IMG/VR virus record: IMGVR_UViG_3300019124_000001
Span: 32,001 to 96,000 of that record
Direction: 5' to 3' (one strand)
Length of the DNA stretch: 64,000 nucleotides
Source of the DNA: a virus
Taxonomy: Duplodnaviria > Caudoviricetes
Position numbers and translations under genes: made by a program. A model generated the notes under the pieces. The model ran no database searches. It was not told where the DNA came from and was given only the letters and a program-made list of their open reading frames with translations. Shown here in pieces: positions 1-10,867 of the stretch (positions are counted from its first letter, which is position 1; every line of letters begins with the position of its first letter).

Positions 1-85
1 AAATGAAGCAAGATACTTGATCTACAACAAGCGTCTCGAATTTCAGGATGAACTAAAAAATCTTTCTGATTCAAGATAGAAAACA

Positions 86-129
86 AAACAAGAGCGCTTC
101 ATGTGCAAATGTGAAGCGCTCTTGTTTTT
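86..129 (+). terminator. Intrinsic terminator
   Basis: AAACAAGAGCGCTTCA...TGAAGCGCTCTTGTTT stem followed by T tract. Confidence 0.8.
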
Positions 130-262
130 CGTAATATCAATTAAAAACGAACTGACAGAATTGCATAAAAATTATGTGTATTCAATATAACGTTGACTAT
201 GTTGCTTCTAATGTATAGAATATTAATCAAGAGATGGACTTACATTCAACGAGAAAAGAGGA

Positions 263-466
263 GTGCAAATGAGCTACCTTGCAAAGCGGATGGAAAGACA
301 TCGGCTGGTTCAAAACAGTCTGTATGATGAAATGCAAGCAAATTTCAAGTCTATCAAGCATCTTTTAAAACCTGAGCAAGTTGAAATGTGGGAGAACTGC
401 GCTTCCGAAAAAGAAGAGAAGCGCATGTATGCCGAATTTATTGAACCATTATTGCATCAAGATTGA
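263..466 (+). CDS. Hypothetical phage protein
   Basis: ORF with GAGGAG RBS after a TTGACT promoter. Confidence 0.65.
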   Translation: MQMSYLAKRMERHRLVQNSLYDEMQANFKSIKHLLKPEQVEMWENCASEKEEKRMYAEFIEPLLHQD

Positions 467-546
467 TTGCATAGTTCTTGCCTATTGACAGAGTTGCTTA
501 TCACTGTTATAATGACTAAAGATTCAATTACATAGGAGGTTTTGGC

Positions 547-858
547 ATGATCATTCTGCACTCGTACAATGCAAAAGAAAACGGTGAAATCGTTACAAAG
601 TGGGTTCTCTTCAAAACTAAGAACGCGAACTACACAAAGTCGATTATCGAGAAAGTCCGTGACTATCTGGCGAAACACGTTCATCCGAAATACAAAGAGA
701 TGTCCGATGTAGCCATTAAAAATGGCTACACGATCAAGTATGACGACGAATGTCTCAAATTGGATAAATATGGCGGTGAAGAGTGGTACGAACTGCGTGA
801 CAGAACATCCTTTTGTCTCAAAGAAACAAGGCATGTGACCATCGTAAATATTGACTAA
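547..858 (+). CDS. Hypothetical phage protein
   Basis: TTGACA-17-TATAAT promoter, AATTACATA, GGAGG RBS. Confidence 0.8.
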   Translation: MIILHSYNAKENGEIVTKWVLFKTKNANYTKSIIEKVRDYLAKHVHPKYKEMSDVAIKNGYTIKYDDECLKLDKYGGEEWYELRDRTSFCLKETRHVTIVNID

Positions 859-1264
859 CAAAACAACCACTCCACAGGAGGAGTCGCACATTGAACGTGA
901 TAAACAAGCGTAAAACGTGGTTTGATCGAGTTACGCGAAAGATCAGAAATACAGTCAAGAAAGCCATCCATTGAGATGGCTTTCTTTTGATCAAGTCAAT
1001 TTATTGCGGTGAAGCACTGAACTACAAATAGGCAGAATTATTTGCATAGTCAGTTTTTTTCACTGCAAGGGGATAGTGTGGGTGTTCGTCCAAATACTCA
1101 TATAAGGGCAAATAGAAGCCTTAGCGGGCAGGTTCGCAACAGGAGATCGAATGGAAATGTACGCAAGCAACTTAGAAATTTTCTGTTGACATATTATTCA
1201 TATTCATTTATTATGATAGCTAAGAGGAGGATTTTCCTCAACAATTACATAGGGAGAGATTAAA

Positions 1265-1627
1265 ATGAAAGATCGCAAGGTTTATCCTGCCGAACACTTC
1301 GCTAATTCGGTAGTAGTGGAATACCAAGATAATGATGTCCTTTTTTCTGTGGTCAAGCGGAACGATGGAACCGCAAGTGTGCTAAACCTGTTTGGTGGAA
1401 GCATCGACAGCAAATGTGCACTTGTACAGCGATTCTTCCAAGAGTTTCCAGAAGTTTGGAAGCTCACAAACCAAGTTCACAATGTTAGTGAACTAAAGGC
1501 ATGTTATAAAGCTGGATTGCGGTATCACTCACAAGAGTCGAATTGTCCGTTTAATCTTTCGGAAACGGTTGCTCTTGTCAAAGCACATGAAGTGCCTAGC
1601 GTAAAAATGATCTGGAAACGCTCCTAA
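1265..1627 (+). CDS. Hypothetical phage protein
   Basis: Promoter, AATTACATA leader, RBS and terminator. Confidence 0.8.
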   Translation: MKDRKVYPAEHFANSVVVEYQDNDVLFSVVKRNDGTASVLNLFGGSIDSKCALVQRFFQEFPEVWKLTNQVHNVSELKACYKAGLRYHSQESNCPFNLSETVALVKAHEVPSVKMIWKRS

Positions 1628-1878
1628 ATGGGGCGTTTTTCAATTTTCTGTTGACATATCTTCCGCAACGTGTTATATTCAAGATACGAGAGGTGTCCAA
1701 CGAATTCGGGGGAAGAAAGGCAGGGATGCGCTCTCGCTTTAGCGAAGTAAAGCGTAGAAGTTGCGTCGAGCTTTTTCAATTGCTTGTTGACACATGGAGT
1801 TTTTGATGGTATTCTTATATCAAGAGGTGAAACTACCTTACTCAATACGCGTCATAAGCGCATAGGAGGAATTACATA

Positions 1879-2307
1879 ATGAACCGCTTCAACCGCTATC
1901 AACTGAAACCGCTTGGAAAATCTGTTCACCATCGTCAAATCATCGGAAAGGTCAATTATCACGGATTTCACACGTTTGTTGATGTATACAGCACTTTGGC
2001 AGGCGAAGAAATGCATGAAGTTTCTGGCAAAGTGCTTGTAATTAAGTTCAAAGGTTCTGAAGAAACTAGGGAAACCATCGTGCATGGTGGTTACACTTCA
2101 GACGGAAGACGGGTAGCGTTCTGCCATCAAAAAACGGTTGCACCAGAAGACATGGAATATTGGCTGAACCTGACTTGCGAAACAGAAGAAGAAAGAGAGG
2201 GGGAGCGCAAGAGGATAGAGGAGTTCCGCAAAAACCCTGAAACGTATGCGACACTGATTGACGCGAATGGATATGAATATATCCGTATTGAAGATACTAC
2301 CCTTTAG
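1879..2307 (+). CDS. Hypothetical phage protein
   Basis: GGAGG-AATTACATA-ATG start, terminator after stop. Confidence 0.8.
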   Translation: MNRFNRYQLKPLGKSVHHRQIIGKVNYHGFHTFVDVYSTLAGEEMHEVSGKVLVIKFKGSEETRETIVHGGYTSDGRRVAFCHQKTVAPEDMEYWLNLTCETEEEREGERKRIEEFRKNPETYATLIDANGYEYIRIEDTTL

Positions 2308-2547
2308 GGTAGTATCTTTTTATATGGCTTAAATCCAACATTCGCGCTATGGCTTCTATCTGGTCATGTGCGGCGTTTTGGTGGCTCTAGGCTATATTCG
2401 TATTGGGTTGACTAGAAAAGCGCCTTACAAGCCAAAATAGAAGGTCAAAAATATTTTCAATTAACTGTTGACACTTATGGTTGCACATGGTATATTGTTT
2501 TCAGGGGCAGATAAGCCCGAAACAATTACATAATCGGAGGGGTTCAA

Positions 2548-2880
2548 ATGGCAACACTTATCGTAAATCCTGACAACACTCGTATGCGCCGTGTGGAGAG
2601 TCATCAGCCGTTTCTGGCTGATTTGGACGAAATGCGCAAGTATGGCGTAAAAGCGTTCGTCCTGTCGTGGCTGATCGCACACTTCGATCATAGTGGCGAA
2701 AATATGAGAGATTTTCATTGGACAAAGTTGGGCGAAGAAACGGAAGTTCTTAACTGTCAGGGCTTCTATGAATGGGACGAACGATTTACTTTGTCTTACG
2801 TGGCTCTGACCATCGACGGATTCTTGATCGCCGTCATGCAAGACGCAAACGACGATGAAGTTAAATACCAAATCAACTAA
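2548..2880 (+). CDS. Hypothetical phage protein
   Basis: Promoter, RBS and terminator cassette. Confidence 0.8.
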   Translation: MATLIVNPDNTRMRRVESHQPFLADLDEMRKYGVKAFVLSWLIAHFDHSGENMRDFHWTKLGEETEVLNCQGFYEWDERFTLSYVALTIDGFLIAVMQDANDDEVKYQIN

Positions 2881-3032
2881 AGTTAAGCGGTGGGGAAACT
2901 CACCGCTTAACTTTTTATGGATGCTACGAAAAACTTTTAACATAGTGTTGACAGTGTGTTCTATTGGTGTTATATTATAGATAAGACGACAGCACAAAAC
3001 ATGCGCAACGAGCGCAAAGGAGAGAATTACAT

Positions 3033-3296
3033 ATGACGGAACACGAAAAGAAATACAGCGAAATTGTCGAAGCGGTGGGTTTGAATAATCTGATTCCTCT
3101 TATCCCTGCAACGAAAGAAGAAGTGCAAGATGCGCTCTCATGTAACTGTTATTTAAACAACATTCCTCTTCAAAGTTGGGACATGCAACACTTCAATGTT
3201 CTCAGATTGACTAAACGAGCAGGATATCAGGATAATTCGTTATCGTTTACGGTATGCGTTCTGAAACAAGCGGCTAGAATGTGGGCAAAATCATAG
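3033..3296 (+). CDS. Hypothetical phage protein
   Basis: AAGGAG-AATTACAT-ATG start. Confidence 0.75.
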   Translation: MTEHEKKYSEIVEAVGLNNLIPLIPATKEEVQDALSCNCYLNNIPLQSWDMQHFNVLRLTKRAGYQDNSLSFTVCVLKQAARMWAKS

Positions 3297-3454
3297 TATT
3301 TTATAACCCTGTATCTCTACAGGGTTCTTTTTAACTGAGCAGTTATCTGAATATTCCGTGTATTCAATTGATTGTTGACTTTCTTTTCCGTATCCTGTAG
3401 TATTATGTTTGTAAGAGAACAACACGCGCATAGCGCAAAAGGAGACAATTACAT

Positions 3455-3883
3455 ATGGCAAACGCTTACTACGAACTGAAACAGAAACATCAGGCAGAAG
3501 TAAACAACTTCCCGATGGTGTTTGCATTTAGCAAACAACAGTTTGCGGAAGCAATGGAGAAACTTGGGTTGACGGAAGCCGACACTGACAAAATCTATTC
3601 TATCGGTGGCGGTGGATTCATTCGCAAATCTGATTCGGATGCATTTGGTGAAATGTTTAAACGCCACGCCAAGGAAATGCAGGAAGCCGTTGACGCTGAC
3701 AGCACAGGAGATGGATTCGTATTTGACATGTTCAACTACGAATTAGCTAATCATGAATATGTCTTGACATATGATGTTCAGCCCGCTCTCGACGCTTTAG
3801 ACCTCACCATAGAACAGGTCAACACAGACCCGAAACTCAAACATGCTCTCGAAAAAGCATGTAAAGCACAATTTGAAGTATAG
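3455..3883 (+). CDS. Conserved Firmicutes phage/MGE protein (AFSxxQF...GGGGF...FxYELxNHEY family)
   Basis: Recognisable conserved motifs; RBS and terminator. Confidence 0.75.
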   Translation: MANAYYELKQKHQAEVNNFPMVFAFSKQQFAEAMEKLGLTEADTDKIYSIGGGGFIRKSDSDAFGEMFKRHAKEMQEAVDADSTGDGFVFDMFNYELANHEYVLTYDVQPALDALDLTIEQVNTDPKLKHALEKACKAQFEV

Positions 3884-3987
3884 CAAGCACATAAACCCAT
3901 AGCAATATGGGGTTTGTGCTATATATTAATTATCAGAAAATTTTGTATATTCAATTGGGTGTTGACATTACCTTACATCTCATGTAA

Positions 3988-4459
3988 TATAAGACTTGTA
4001 AGGCAAATCAATTACATAGTGCGAAGCACACAGGAGGAGCCAAAATGAACAACACGAAAACCATCTTCAATACCGATGAAACCTTTGTCTATCAGATCGT
4101 TGTTGATGGTAAGGAAACGAAATACTACAAAGGTGTTCATGACCTGTTCGAAAACTGCGGTTTCCGTTTGACGGGTGTAAATCAGTCTCAAAGCACACGC
4201 GAAGAACTGCAACGGCAACCGAAATTCAGCGGGTTAATTGGTCCGATGTGGAACGGCTATCATGAACTTGAAGGTGTTAAGTATCCCTGCATTAGATACG
4301 AATGCCCGAAAGAATATGCTACCTATGCAAACTAAAGCAGGGCTTCCCCTGCTTTTTCTAATTTGTCAATTTACTGAAAATTCCGCGAATCCAATTTACT
4401 GTTGATATTATATCTATCTGCCTGTATTATAAGACTTGTAAGGCAAATCAATTACATAG
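3988..4459 (+). repeat. 32-bp direct repeat TATAAGACTTGTAAGGCAAATCAATTACATAG (3988-4019 and 4428-4459)
   Basis: Identical copies in adjacent cassette leaders. Confidence 0.9.
4045..4335 (+). CDS. Hypothetical phage protein
   Basis: AGGAGG RBS, terminator. Confidence 0.8.
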   Translation: MNNTKTIFNTDETFVYQIVVDGKETKYYKGVHDLFENCGFRLTGVNQSQSTREELQRQPKFSGLIGPMWNGYHELEGVKYPCIRYECPKEYATYAN

Positions 4460-4473
4460 GGAGATGGAAGAAC

Positions 4474-4803
4474 ATGGCACAAAACTTTGAGTACCTTTGC
4501 AGTACGCCTGTAGAAGAGGATTGCGCACAAGTAGGGGAGGAAAATTATGAGCAACGCGCAAAACGCGAATGTCGTGCCCTCATTGGTCAACTTATACGGA
4601 TGTACGGCGAACCGCCTGAAGGTGTGACGCTGGTCACTAAGGGGTTCCCGCACGATTTTGGGACGTATTACGAAGTTATCGTTAATTTCGACGATGCGAA
4701 CAGGAAACAAACTGCATACGCTTGTATGCTGGTTGACGGGCTTCCTGACCTTTGGGACGAGCAAGCAAGGGAAGAGTTAGGGCTGAACGAGAAAACGGCT
4801 TAG
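4474..4803 (+). CDS. Conserved phage protein (TPxEEDCAQVG...FPHDFGTYYEV family)
   Basis: Start moved to ATG 4474 after RBS; conserved motifs. Confidence 0.75.
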   Translation: MAQNFEYLCSTPVEEDCAQVGEENYEQRAKRECRALIGQLIRMYGEPPEGVTLVTKGFPHDFGTYYEVIVNFDDANRKQTAYACMLVDGLPDLWDEQAREELGLNEKTA

Positions 4804-4922
4804 AAGGGCAAATAGACGGGGTGAAAGCCCCGTTTTTGTTTTTCAATTGCATATTGACACGTTTAGAATAGTGGTGTAATATATTAGATGTAAGCGACAA
4901 TTACATAAGGAGATGGGGAAAC

Positions 4923-5429
4923 ATGAGAATTGAACCGTTCCAACAAACCGTAAACAACTCGCAAACGTTGAGTGTAGGAAGCAAATTCAACGTTAAGCTG
5001 TACGAGAAGGATACTGTAAACGTCTGGAAGGTAGAAACCATCGAAAGTGTTTCCGTGATGGGAGATAAAACCACTGTGACTGGCAAAGCGTCATTCGTTG
5101 AACAGGTCGAATTGCGTTCTTTGATGGACTTGTTACACGAAACTCAATCTGGCTTGTTCTTCCGAACAGTCGGAAAATGGAGGTTGCGCGAAACAATTAC
5201 GGGCTTTCTTGTAGTCGAACACGAAACGAAGGGCGAATACGGGTTTATGAGTCAAAAAGTAGAATGGAAGGGCAAGACTTTTGACAAGCTACCCAATGCT
5301 GTTCGTGCAGTGATTCAAGAGTGGTGGGAACTGAAAAACCCGCGCTACGAAACCCGCCCTCTTTTGGACGGGAAACAGATGGCAAGTATGCATTCAAACC
5401 TCAATGAATCTGGTCGTTACAAGATATAG
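4923..5429 (+). CDS. Hypothetical phage protein
   Basis: Promoter, AATTACATA, RBS. Confidence 0.75.
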   Translation: MRIEPFQQTVNNSQTLSVGSKFNVKLYEKDTVNVWKVETIESVSVMGDKTTVTGKASFVEQVELRSLMDLLHETQSGLFFRTVGKWRLRETITGFLVVEHETKGEYGFMSQKVEWKGKTFDKLPNAVRAVIQEWWELKNPRYETRPLLDGKQMASMHSNLNESGRYKI

Positions 5430-5777
5430 CGAAACATCTGATGGGTGAATATGGATTAATTGAAAACAAACAACAAAAACAGGGTATTGTCTGCCCTGTT
5501 TTTGTTGTTGACAATTCCACTTTAGTACGGTGAAGCGTCTAATCATTGAATAGTGCTATAGGACTAGTATTAAAGTCATGTTGTCGTCTACAGGCTCTAG
5601 GAGCCATTTTAAGCGATTTTACCCCTTATCTGGTATAATCCTATTCGGATGATGTGAAACGCCATTCTGGTGGCATTCTAAGGGCTGTGTTTTTGTTGGT
5701 GTTCCTGTTAGAATGGGGTTGCAAACGCAAGACACTAGATTATAATAAGGATATAGACTGATAAGGTGGTGTTTCGT

Positions 5778-5933
5778 ATGGAGATCACAACAAATTGCTT
5801 GGGGCAAGTGTGGGTAAAGTGTGTTCGTGACTATTATGTTGGTAAACTTCGTACAATGAAGAAAGATGAATTTTATTTAATCCATCTTTCAACTGCAAAA
5901 ATGCTACAAGCTCAAGGGTTTGTTGAAATCTAA
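5778..5933 (+). CDS. Small hypothetical protein (51 aa, MEITTNCLGQVWVK...GFVEI); not in ORF track
   Basis: TTGCAA/TATAAT promoter, AAGGTGG RBS, hairpin terminator; resembles 53534-53727. Confidence 0.6.
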   Translation: MEITTNCLGQVWVKCVRDYYVGKLRTMKKDEFYLIHLSTAKMLQAQGFVEI

Positions 5934-6808
5934 ATAATTACATATTAAGCAGACGTAAATAAATGCGTCTGCTTAATTCATGTTAATAATTATCAGATAA
6001 TTGCGAAGAATTAGAATAGTTTCTTTGCTACGGCGAAGCGGCGATACTGCGTACTTTAGAACGGTGAAGCGTTAGTCTTTCGAACAGTGAAGCGGCATAG
6101 CAGGGAAATCACGGAATATGCAGAATAGACTGACATATTTGACAATTCTAACTATAATTGAGATCGCCGCTTGCAAAATATGCATTTAACTTCAGATGAA
6201 ATCACTGTTTTATCCAACGTTGAACAGGTGGGGACATTGACATAAGACATCTTTAATAATAACTTAAATCAACAATAATTGAATAAATGTTAATCATATT
6301 GATAAGGAATCTCTAATCTTAGGATACAAACACTGAATATTCTGAATTTTATGAATAGAAGAACTTTTCAACAGGGTGTTGAAAAATGGCATTTTTCCAC
6401 TAGGAAACTTTTTGTCGAATCGCTTCTAAAGCCCCTAGAATGTCCGTAGAGACGTGCAATACGTTGCCCATATATTCCCCTTGGCACCCTCCAAAAAATC
6501 GTTTGTACGGGAAATTTCCCGAATATGCAATAACGTATTCATTCTGAGCAATTCTGATAATTCGAGAAGGCTTGATACGTCTAGGTTTTATACCCCCGCA
6601 GGGTATATGATGCGCATTGCATATTCTGCATAATATGCAACGTGTGGGAAATATTTGACTATATAGTACAAATGAGAGGGCTTGACATAAATATTTTTTT
6701 GTGCATTATTCAACATAGTGTTGACAAATGAATTTCTGCTGACCAATCATTGACCGAGCATCCCTTTTATGGTATGTTAATCTAGATAAAACAATCGGAG
6801 GGATTAAA

Positions 6809-7243
6809 ATGAAATCTTACTTCACTAAACTTAATAATCGACTGAAAGCGCGTGACAACAATTATCATCTATTGTTAATTATCGAATGTTTTGTAATACT
6901 TACATTTGTAATAAATGTGATTTTAGGTGATATGATGTTTATTTTATTTCAAGGAATCCTGCTGTTAATAATGAGAGAGTTAAGACAGAATTTAACTAGA
7001 TCGTGGCAGGAGTTACAACTTTATAGATTACATATTAATAGGAAAATAATTATTCACTTAGAAGAGTTAATAGAGATAGAAAAATGGACAGTAAGAGGAA
7101 TGCAGACAGTGATTCAAGTCAGAGTTTATAGAGCAATACAAAATGAAATAAGGAAGGAAACTGAAGAAATTAGGGAATCTCTTGAGGCGTATGAAGTGGA
7201 TTTATCTAAAGAAGCAATAGTCGGACAATTTAAAGATGCTTGA
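6809..7243 (+). CDS. Predicted membrane protein, very AT-rich
   Basis: Two hydrophobic segments; GGAGG RBS. Confidence 0.65.
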   Translation: MKSYFTKLNNRLKARDNNYHLLLIIECFVILTFVINVILGDMMFILFQGILLLIMRELRQNLTRSWQELQLYRLHINRKIIIHLEELIEIEKWTVRGMQTVIQVRVYRAIQNEIRKETEEIRESLEAYEVDLSKEAIVGQFKDA

Positions 7244-7470
7244 CATCCCTGTCAATATATGATAAGATTTTGTCAGTATCACCCGATTCCTAATTTGAAC
7301 GACACAAAATGTGTCGGGCTGTAGGCTATGCGCTTACAGCTTTCTTTTTGTGTAAAAATTTTAGAAAATTCTGTATATTCAACAGAGTGTTGACACTTGT
7401 ATTCAAATGTTGTATACTCGTTTTAGTGGCAGATATACCACGACAACAATTACATAATGGAGGGTTCATA

Positions 7471-7791
7471 ATGACTGTGTTTACGAATGACCTGACTGTT
7501 TTGCAAGGCGAAGACCTATTTAAGCAGTGCCTGAAAGAAGCATGGTACACCTCTCATCGTGGACAGGTTGGAGAGTTCGATAATCTCGATAAGCAGGATA
7601 TTGCAAGCGTCCTATTTAAAGCTCTGCACGAGCTTGACTTGATCAAAGAAGGCGAATTGGACAACATGCACCACATGAGCCGTAAAGCGTATAAACGCAA
7701 GCTGGAAGCCTTCTTGGTGCGTTGGGCAAAATACTGCGACAATCCAGACGATGCGGACATGTACAAAGAATTCCTCGAAACCACCGAATAG
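7471..7791 (+). CDS. Hypothetical phage protein
   Basis: Start moved to ATG 7471 after AATTACATA-GGAGG. Confidence 0.75.
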   Translation: MTVFTNDLTVLQGEDLFKQCLKEAWYTSHRGQVGEFDNLDKQDIASVLFKALHELDLIKEGELDNMHHMSRKAYKRKLEAFLVRWAKYCDNPDDADMYKEFLETTE

Positions 7792-7876
7792 GTGGTTTTT
7801 CTTTTTAATAAGGTATTGATATAATTTTAAAAATATGCTATAATTAAGAAAAGTCGTAATTACATAGGGGGAAAAG

Positions 7877-8278
7877 ATGAATTATCAGCGTCATATGTGC
7901 ACATGCGGAAAAAGACCTGTACGCTACAAAGGACTATGCAATCCTTGTTATCGCGCACAACAAATTAAGGCGAAGCGACAAAAGCAAAAAGAGGAGGAAA
8001 TTAAAAGTACTTTTGAGATCGCCCAACAGCTTTTAGATCAATGGGAAAAAGAAATGAGAGAGTCAGTTAGAGAGGGAGGAAGATATGTTCACTATCCGTC
8101 TCAAACGAAGTTGGTACAGATGATATGGGACGAGCTAAATGAAGAAGTAAAACGCCTAACGGTAGCGGTTTTGCAAAGCAGGAAGGTACATGTCGATGGG
8201 AGAGATATATTGAATCGCATAAAAGAAAGAATTGAAAATCCATCGAATCGCACAAGCATGGAAGAACAGCTAAAATAG
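7877..8278 (+). CDS. Hypothetical protein with N-terminal CxC...CxxC zinc motif
   Basis: CTCGK...GLCNPCY. Confidence 0.7.
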   Translation: MNYQRHMCTCGKRPVRYKGLCNPCYRAQQIKAKRQKQKEEEIKSTFEIAQQLLDQWEKEMRESVREGGRYVHYPSQTKLVQMIWDELNEEVKRLTVAVLQSRKVHVDGRDILNRIKERIENPSNRTSMEEQLK

Positions 8279-8358
8279 CTGTTCTTTTTCTATTGACACA
8301 CAACGCGTGACATGATATATTGAATATAGAGATTCAATTACATATCAGGAGGGTTATT

Positions 8359-8721
8359 ATGAGCCGCAATAAGCCAAGAATCAAACATTATGGTGATGGA
8401 ATCACCCGCAATGCCGTTAAATCGTTTGCCCGCATGTTGCCAAAAATGGGCAATATCACGGTTGTACGTGGAGAGTTTGACAACAGTCGCAAATGGTATC
8501 GAGTTCGTTTCATTAACGACATGGGTCATCAGTTCGTTTTTCACGGATTCGCATGGTGGTTTGGAGGAGAAGGCCCGAACGGACTTGTAAAATGCCTGAT
8601 CTCGTTAGGGTTCGAGTACGAACAAGTGAAGTGGTTAATGGGGCGCGAGTGGGCAGGAGATAATCACATGCCAAATTGCTGGAAGCTGGAAGTGCCACAC
8701 GCCCTAGGGGTGAAAGCATGA
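8359..8721 (+). CDS. Conserved phage protein (GFAWxxGGEGPxGL)
   Basis: Start moved to ATG 8359 after AGGAGG. Confidence 0.75.
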   Translation: MSRNKPRIKHYGDGITRNAVKSFARMLPKMGNITVVRGEFDNSRKWYRVRFINDMGHQFVFHGFAWWFGGEGPNGLVKCLISLGFEYEQVKWLMGREWAGDNHMPNCWKLEVPHALGVKA

Positions 8722-8912
8722 AAGAAGCAATCTTAGGAAAGTATACATTTACTTTCCGTGGCAAGAATGGTAATGTACAAACCATCGAAATACCCGCATT
8801 CGTTGAACATCAAGCATATATGTATGCACGTGATCTAGCAGAACAATTAATGTTCTACTGGGAATGCGAGGTAAGTTATGAACGAAACTTACTGATACAA
8901 AATCGCTCCTAA
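8718..8912 (+). CDS. Hypothetical protein
   Basis: ATGA overlap with upstream gene. Confidence 0.6.
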   Translation: MKEAILGKYTFTFRGKNGNVQTIEIPAFVEHQAYMYARDLAEQLMFYWECEVSYERNLLIQNRS

Positions 8913-9005
8913 TTGGGGCGATTTTCTTTTTGTTCTTATCTGTTGACAGTGTTACTTATGACTGCTATAATAATAATAGATTCAATTACATAGGGGGAAA
9001 TACTA

Positions 9006-9320
9006 ATGGAAGATACAGAAATTGTATTGATCAAGACGAATGCAGATATCAAGATACGAGAAAATCAACCGTTTATCTATGAAAATATTAAATACATCTG
9101 TAAACGGATCATCACATTGACCTTCGAAGAGTCAGCGCGTTTTCGTATCCAGTTGGAAGTGTCAGCGATTCGCTTAGAAGGCGAGGTTTGTCCGCACTGC
9201 CCAATGCCTATTTATGGAAGCCAACAGGCATTGAGACACAATGGACAAGTGATGCACCTGAAGTGCGCAATTGAATCAGGAGACTTTGAAAGAATACGAA
9301 AAGAAGCAAGCCCCCAATAA
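9006..9320 (+). CDS. Hypothetical protein with CxxC...HxxC motif
   Basis: Cassette with promoter, leader and terminator. Confidence 0.7.
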   Translation: MEDTEIVLIKTNADIKIRENQPFIYENIKYICKRIITLTFEESARFRIQLEVSAIRLEGEVCPHCPMPIYGSQQALRHNGQVMHLKCAIESGDFERIRKEASPQ

Positions 9321-9494
9321 GGGGGCTTTTGTTTGTTGACAATAGATGATTTTTCAATTGCTTGTTGCAAACAAAAAAGCAATGAGCGCTGAAAAAAGTT
9401 GTTGACTGTCACTTTCATCCATGTTATACTAAAAGTGTCGAAAGGGATAAACACTAATCGACAAAAAATTACATATGAAAAGGTGGAATTATTA

Positions 9495-9896
9495 ATGTGC
9501 CAAGTTTGTGTAAATACTGTCCGCGAAAACATGAAGGGCGCTATCGAAGTGATCGGGAATCGAAAGTTGCCACTGCTGGAAGTGCGGCGCAAGCCAGCCG
9601 CCGCTATAACTACTTTCGGTTTGGAAGTCGGCTTCGAAGTTGAGCACTCTGTCAAAGAAGCGGAAGTCGTCAGCTTCTATGTTGCGGGAAACATTTTTCA
9701 TGTCGCTGAAATGGAAGACGGAAACGTTCTGATTCAGGACGAGTTGGAAATTGTAGACCGCAAAAATACGGTTGAATGGTTCTTGAATCGCCCCGAAGAA
9801 TGTTTTTGCTACAAGTGCCTGCTCTGCTCCGTAATCGTCGAAATATACAAGGAAGTCAAGGAATCGGCAGATCAAACACCACAAGTTGTAAATTAA
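9495..9896 (+). CDS. Hypothetical Cys-rich protein
   Basis: Start moved to ATG 9495 after AAAGGTGG. Confidence 0.7.
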   Translation: MCQVCVNTVRENMKGAIEVIGNRKLPLLEVRRKPAAAITTFGLEVGFEVEHSVKEAEVVSFYVAGNIFHVAEMEDGNVLIQDELEIVDRKNTVEWFLNRPEECFCYKCLLCSVIVEIYKEVKESADQTPQVVN

Positions 9897-10020
9897 TCCG
9901 TAACGCCCTACTAAAGTAGGGCGTTTTTCATTTCCTCGGACAAACGAAAACTATGTCTTGACAAATTGTTCTGAATGATGTATATTATCAAATATCAAGA
10001 TATAGCTAGGAGGAAAAGCC

Positions 10021-10203
10021 TTGACATCTCAAAATATTGCCGTACTTTATAGAAAAGAGCGCAAAATCAAGCGTGACATTCGTCGTAAAAAACGCCGTGA
10101 AACAATAAGGCAACGATTGGAAGAATGCGGAAGAATGTTGCTGTGGGTAGGTGTATTCTATGTAATGATTGTTCTGTACAAAATGGCAACTGATTTTCAA
10201 TAA
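10021..10203 (+). CDS. Small basic membrane protein
   Basis: GGAGG RBS; basic N-terminus plus C-terminal TM segment. Confidence 0.55.
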   Translation: MTSQNIAVLYRKERKIKRDIRRKKRRETIRQRLEECGRMLLWVGVFYVMIVLYKMATDFQ

Positions 10204-10287
10204 CCTGTTGACTTTTGTACGCACTAGTAGTATTATATAGACAGAGGAAAACAACATTTTGCATCAATTACATAGGGGGTTTTGCAA

Positions 10288-10356
10288 ATGCAAACCATTA
10301 AGGCTCTATTCGTGGAGCCAGAAAAGTTCTCCAAGGTTGTAGAAATCGACATATGA
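10288..10356 (+). pseudogene. 22-aa ORF MQTIKALFVEPEKFSKVVEIDI, probable truncated gene remnant
   Basis: Full promoter/AATTACATA/RBS cassette but early stop; resembles the N-terminus of DUF3846-type proteins. Confidence 0.4.
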
Positions 10357-10477
10357 GGACGAAGATAGTCAACGGGGGAAGTGACACATATGTCATCTCC
10401 CCCGTTTGAATTTTTGTTGTTGACACAGAAGAGGAAGTCATGTTATACTATAAACAACGATTAGCAAACGACTAGAG

Positions 10478-10867
10478 GTGAACACGATGGAAGCAGTAGC
10501 CAGAACACATAACGTTGTACCAATGCCGCGCTACGACTATATGCGCGGGGATATTTATATGGTAGACCTTAACATTGACTCACACGGCAGGGAGCAACGG
10601 GGCTATCGTCCCTGTGTAATCGTCTCCAACAATATAGGAAACAAGTTCTCTCCAATTGTAACCGTTATTCCCATCACGTCCAGCAAAAAGGACTTTAAAT
10701 GTCATGTGCCAGTAGTATCTGAAGCTCTGGATAAAGATAGCGTTGTTACCTGTGAGCAGGTCAAGACCGTCGATAAAACACGACTTAAAAATAGAATTGG
10801 TCGATTGACTTCTAGTGAAATGGAAGCAGTTGACATGACGCTGAAAATGAGCTTAGGATTGAGTTAA
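10478..10867 (+). CDS. mazF: MazF/PemK (EndoA/NdoA-like) endoribonuclease; no adjacent antitoxin
   Basis: RGDIYMVDL...EQRGYRPCVIVSNN.GN..SP...IPITS...EQVKTVDK.RL...G.L...M..VD..L..SLGL. Confidence 0.92.
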   Translation: MNTMEAVARTHNVVPMPRYDYMRGDIYMVDLNIDSHGREQRGYRPCVIVSNNIGNKFSPIVTVIPITSSKKDFKCHVPVVSEALDKDSVVTCEQVKTVDKTRLKNRIGRLTSSEMEAVDMTLKMSLGLS

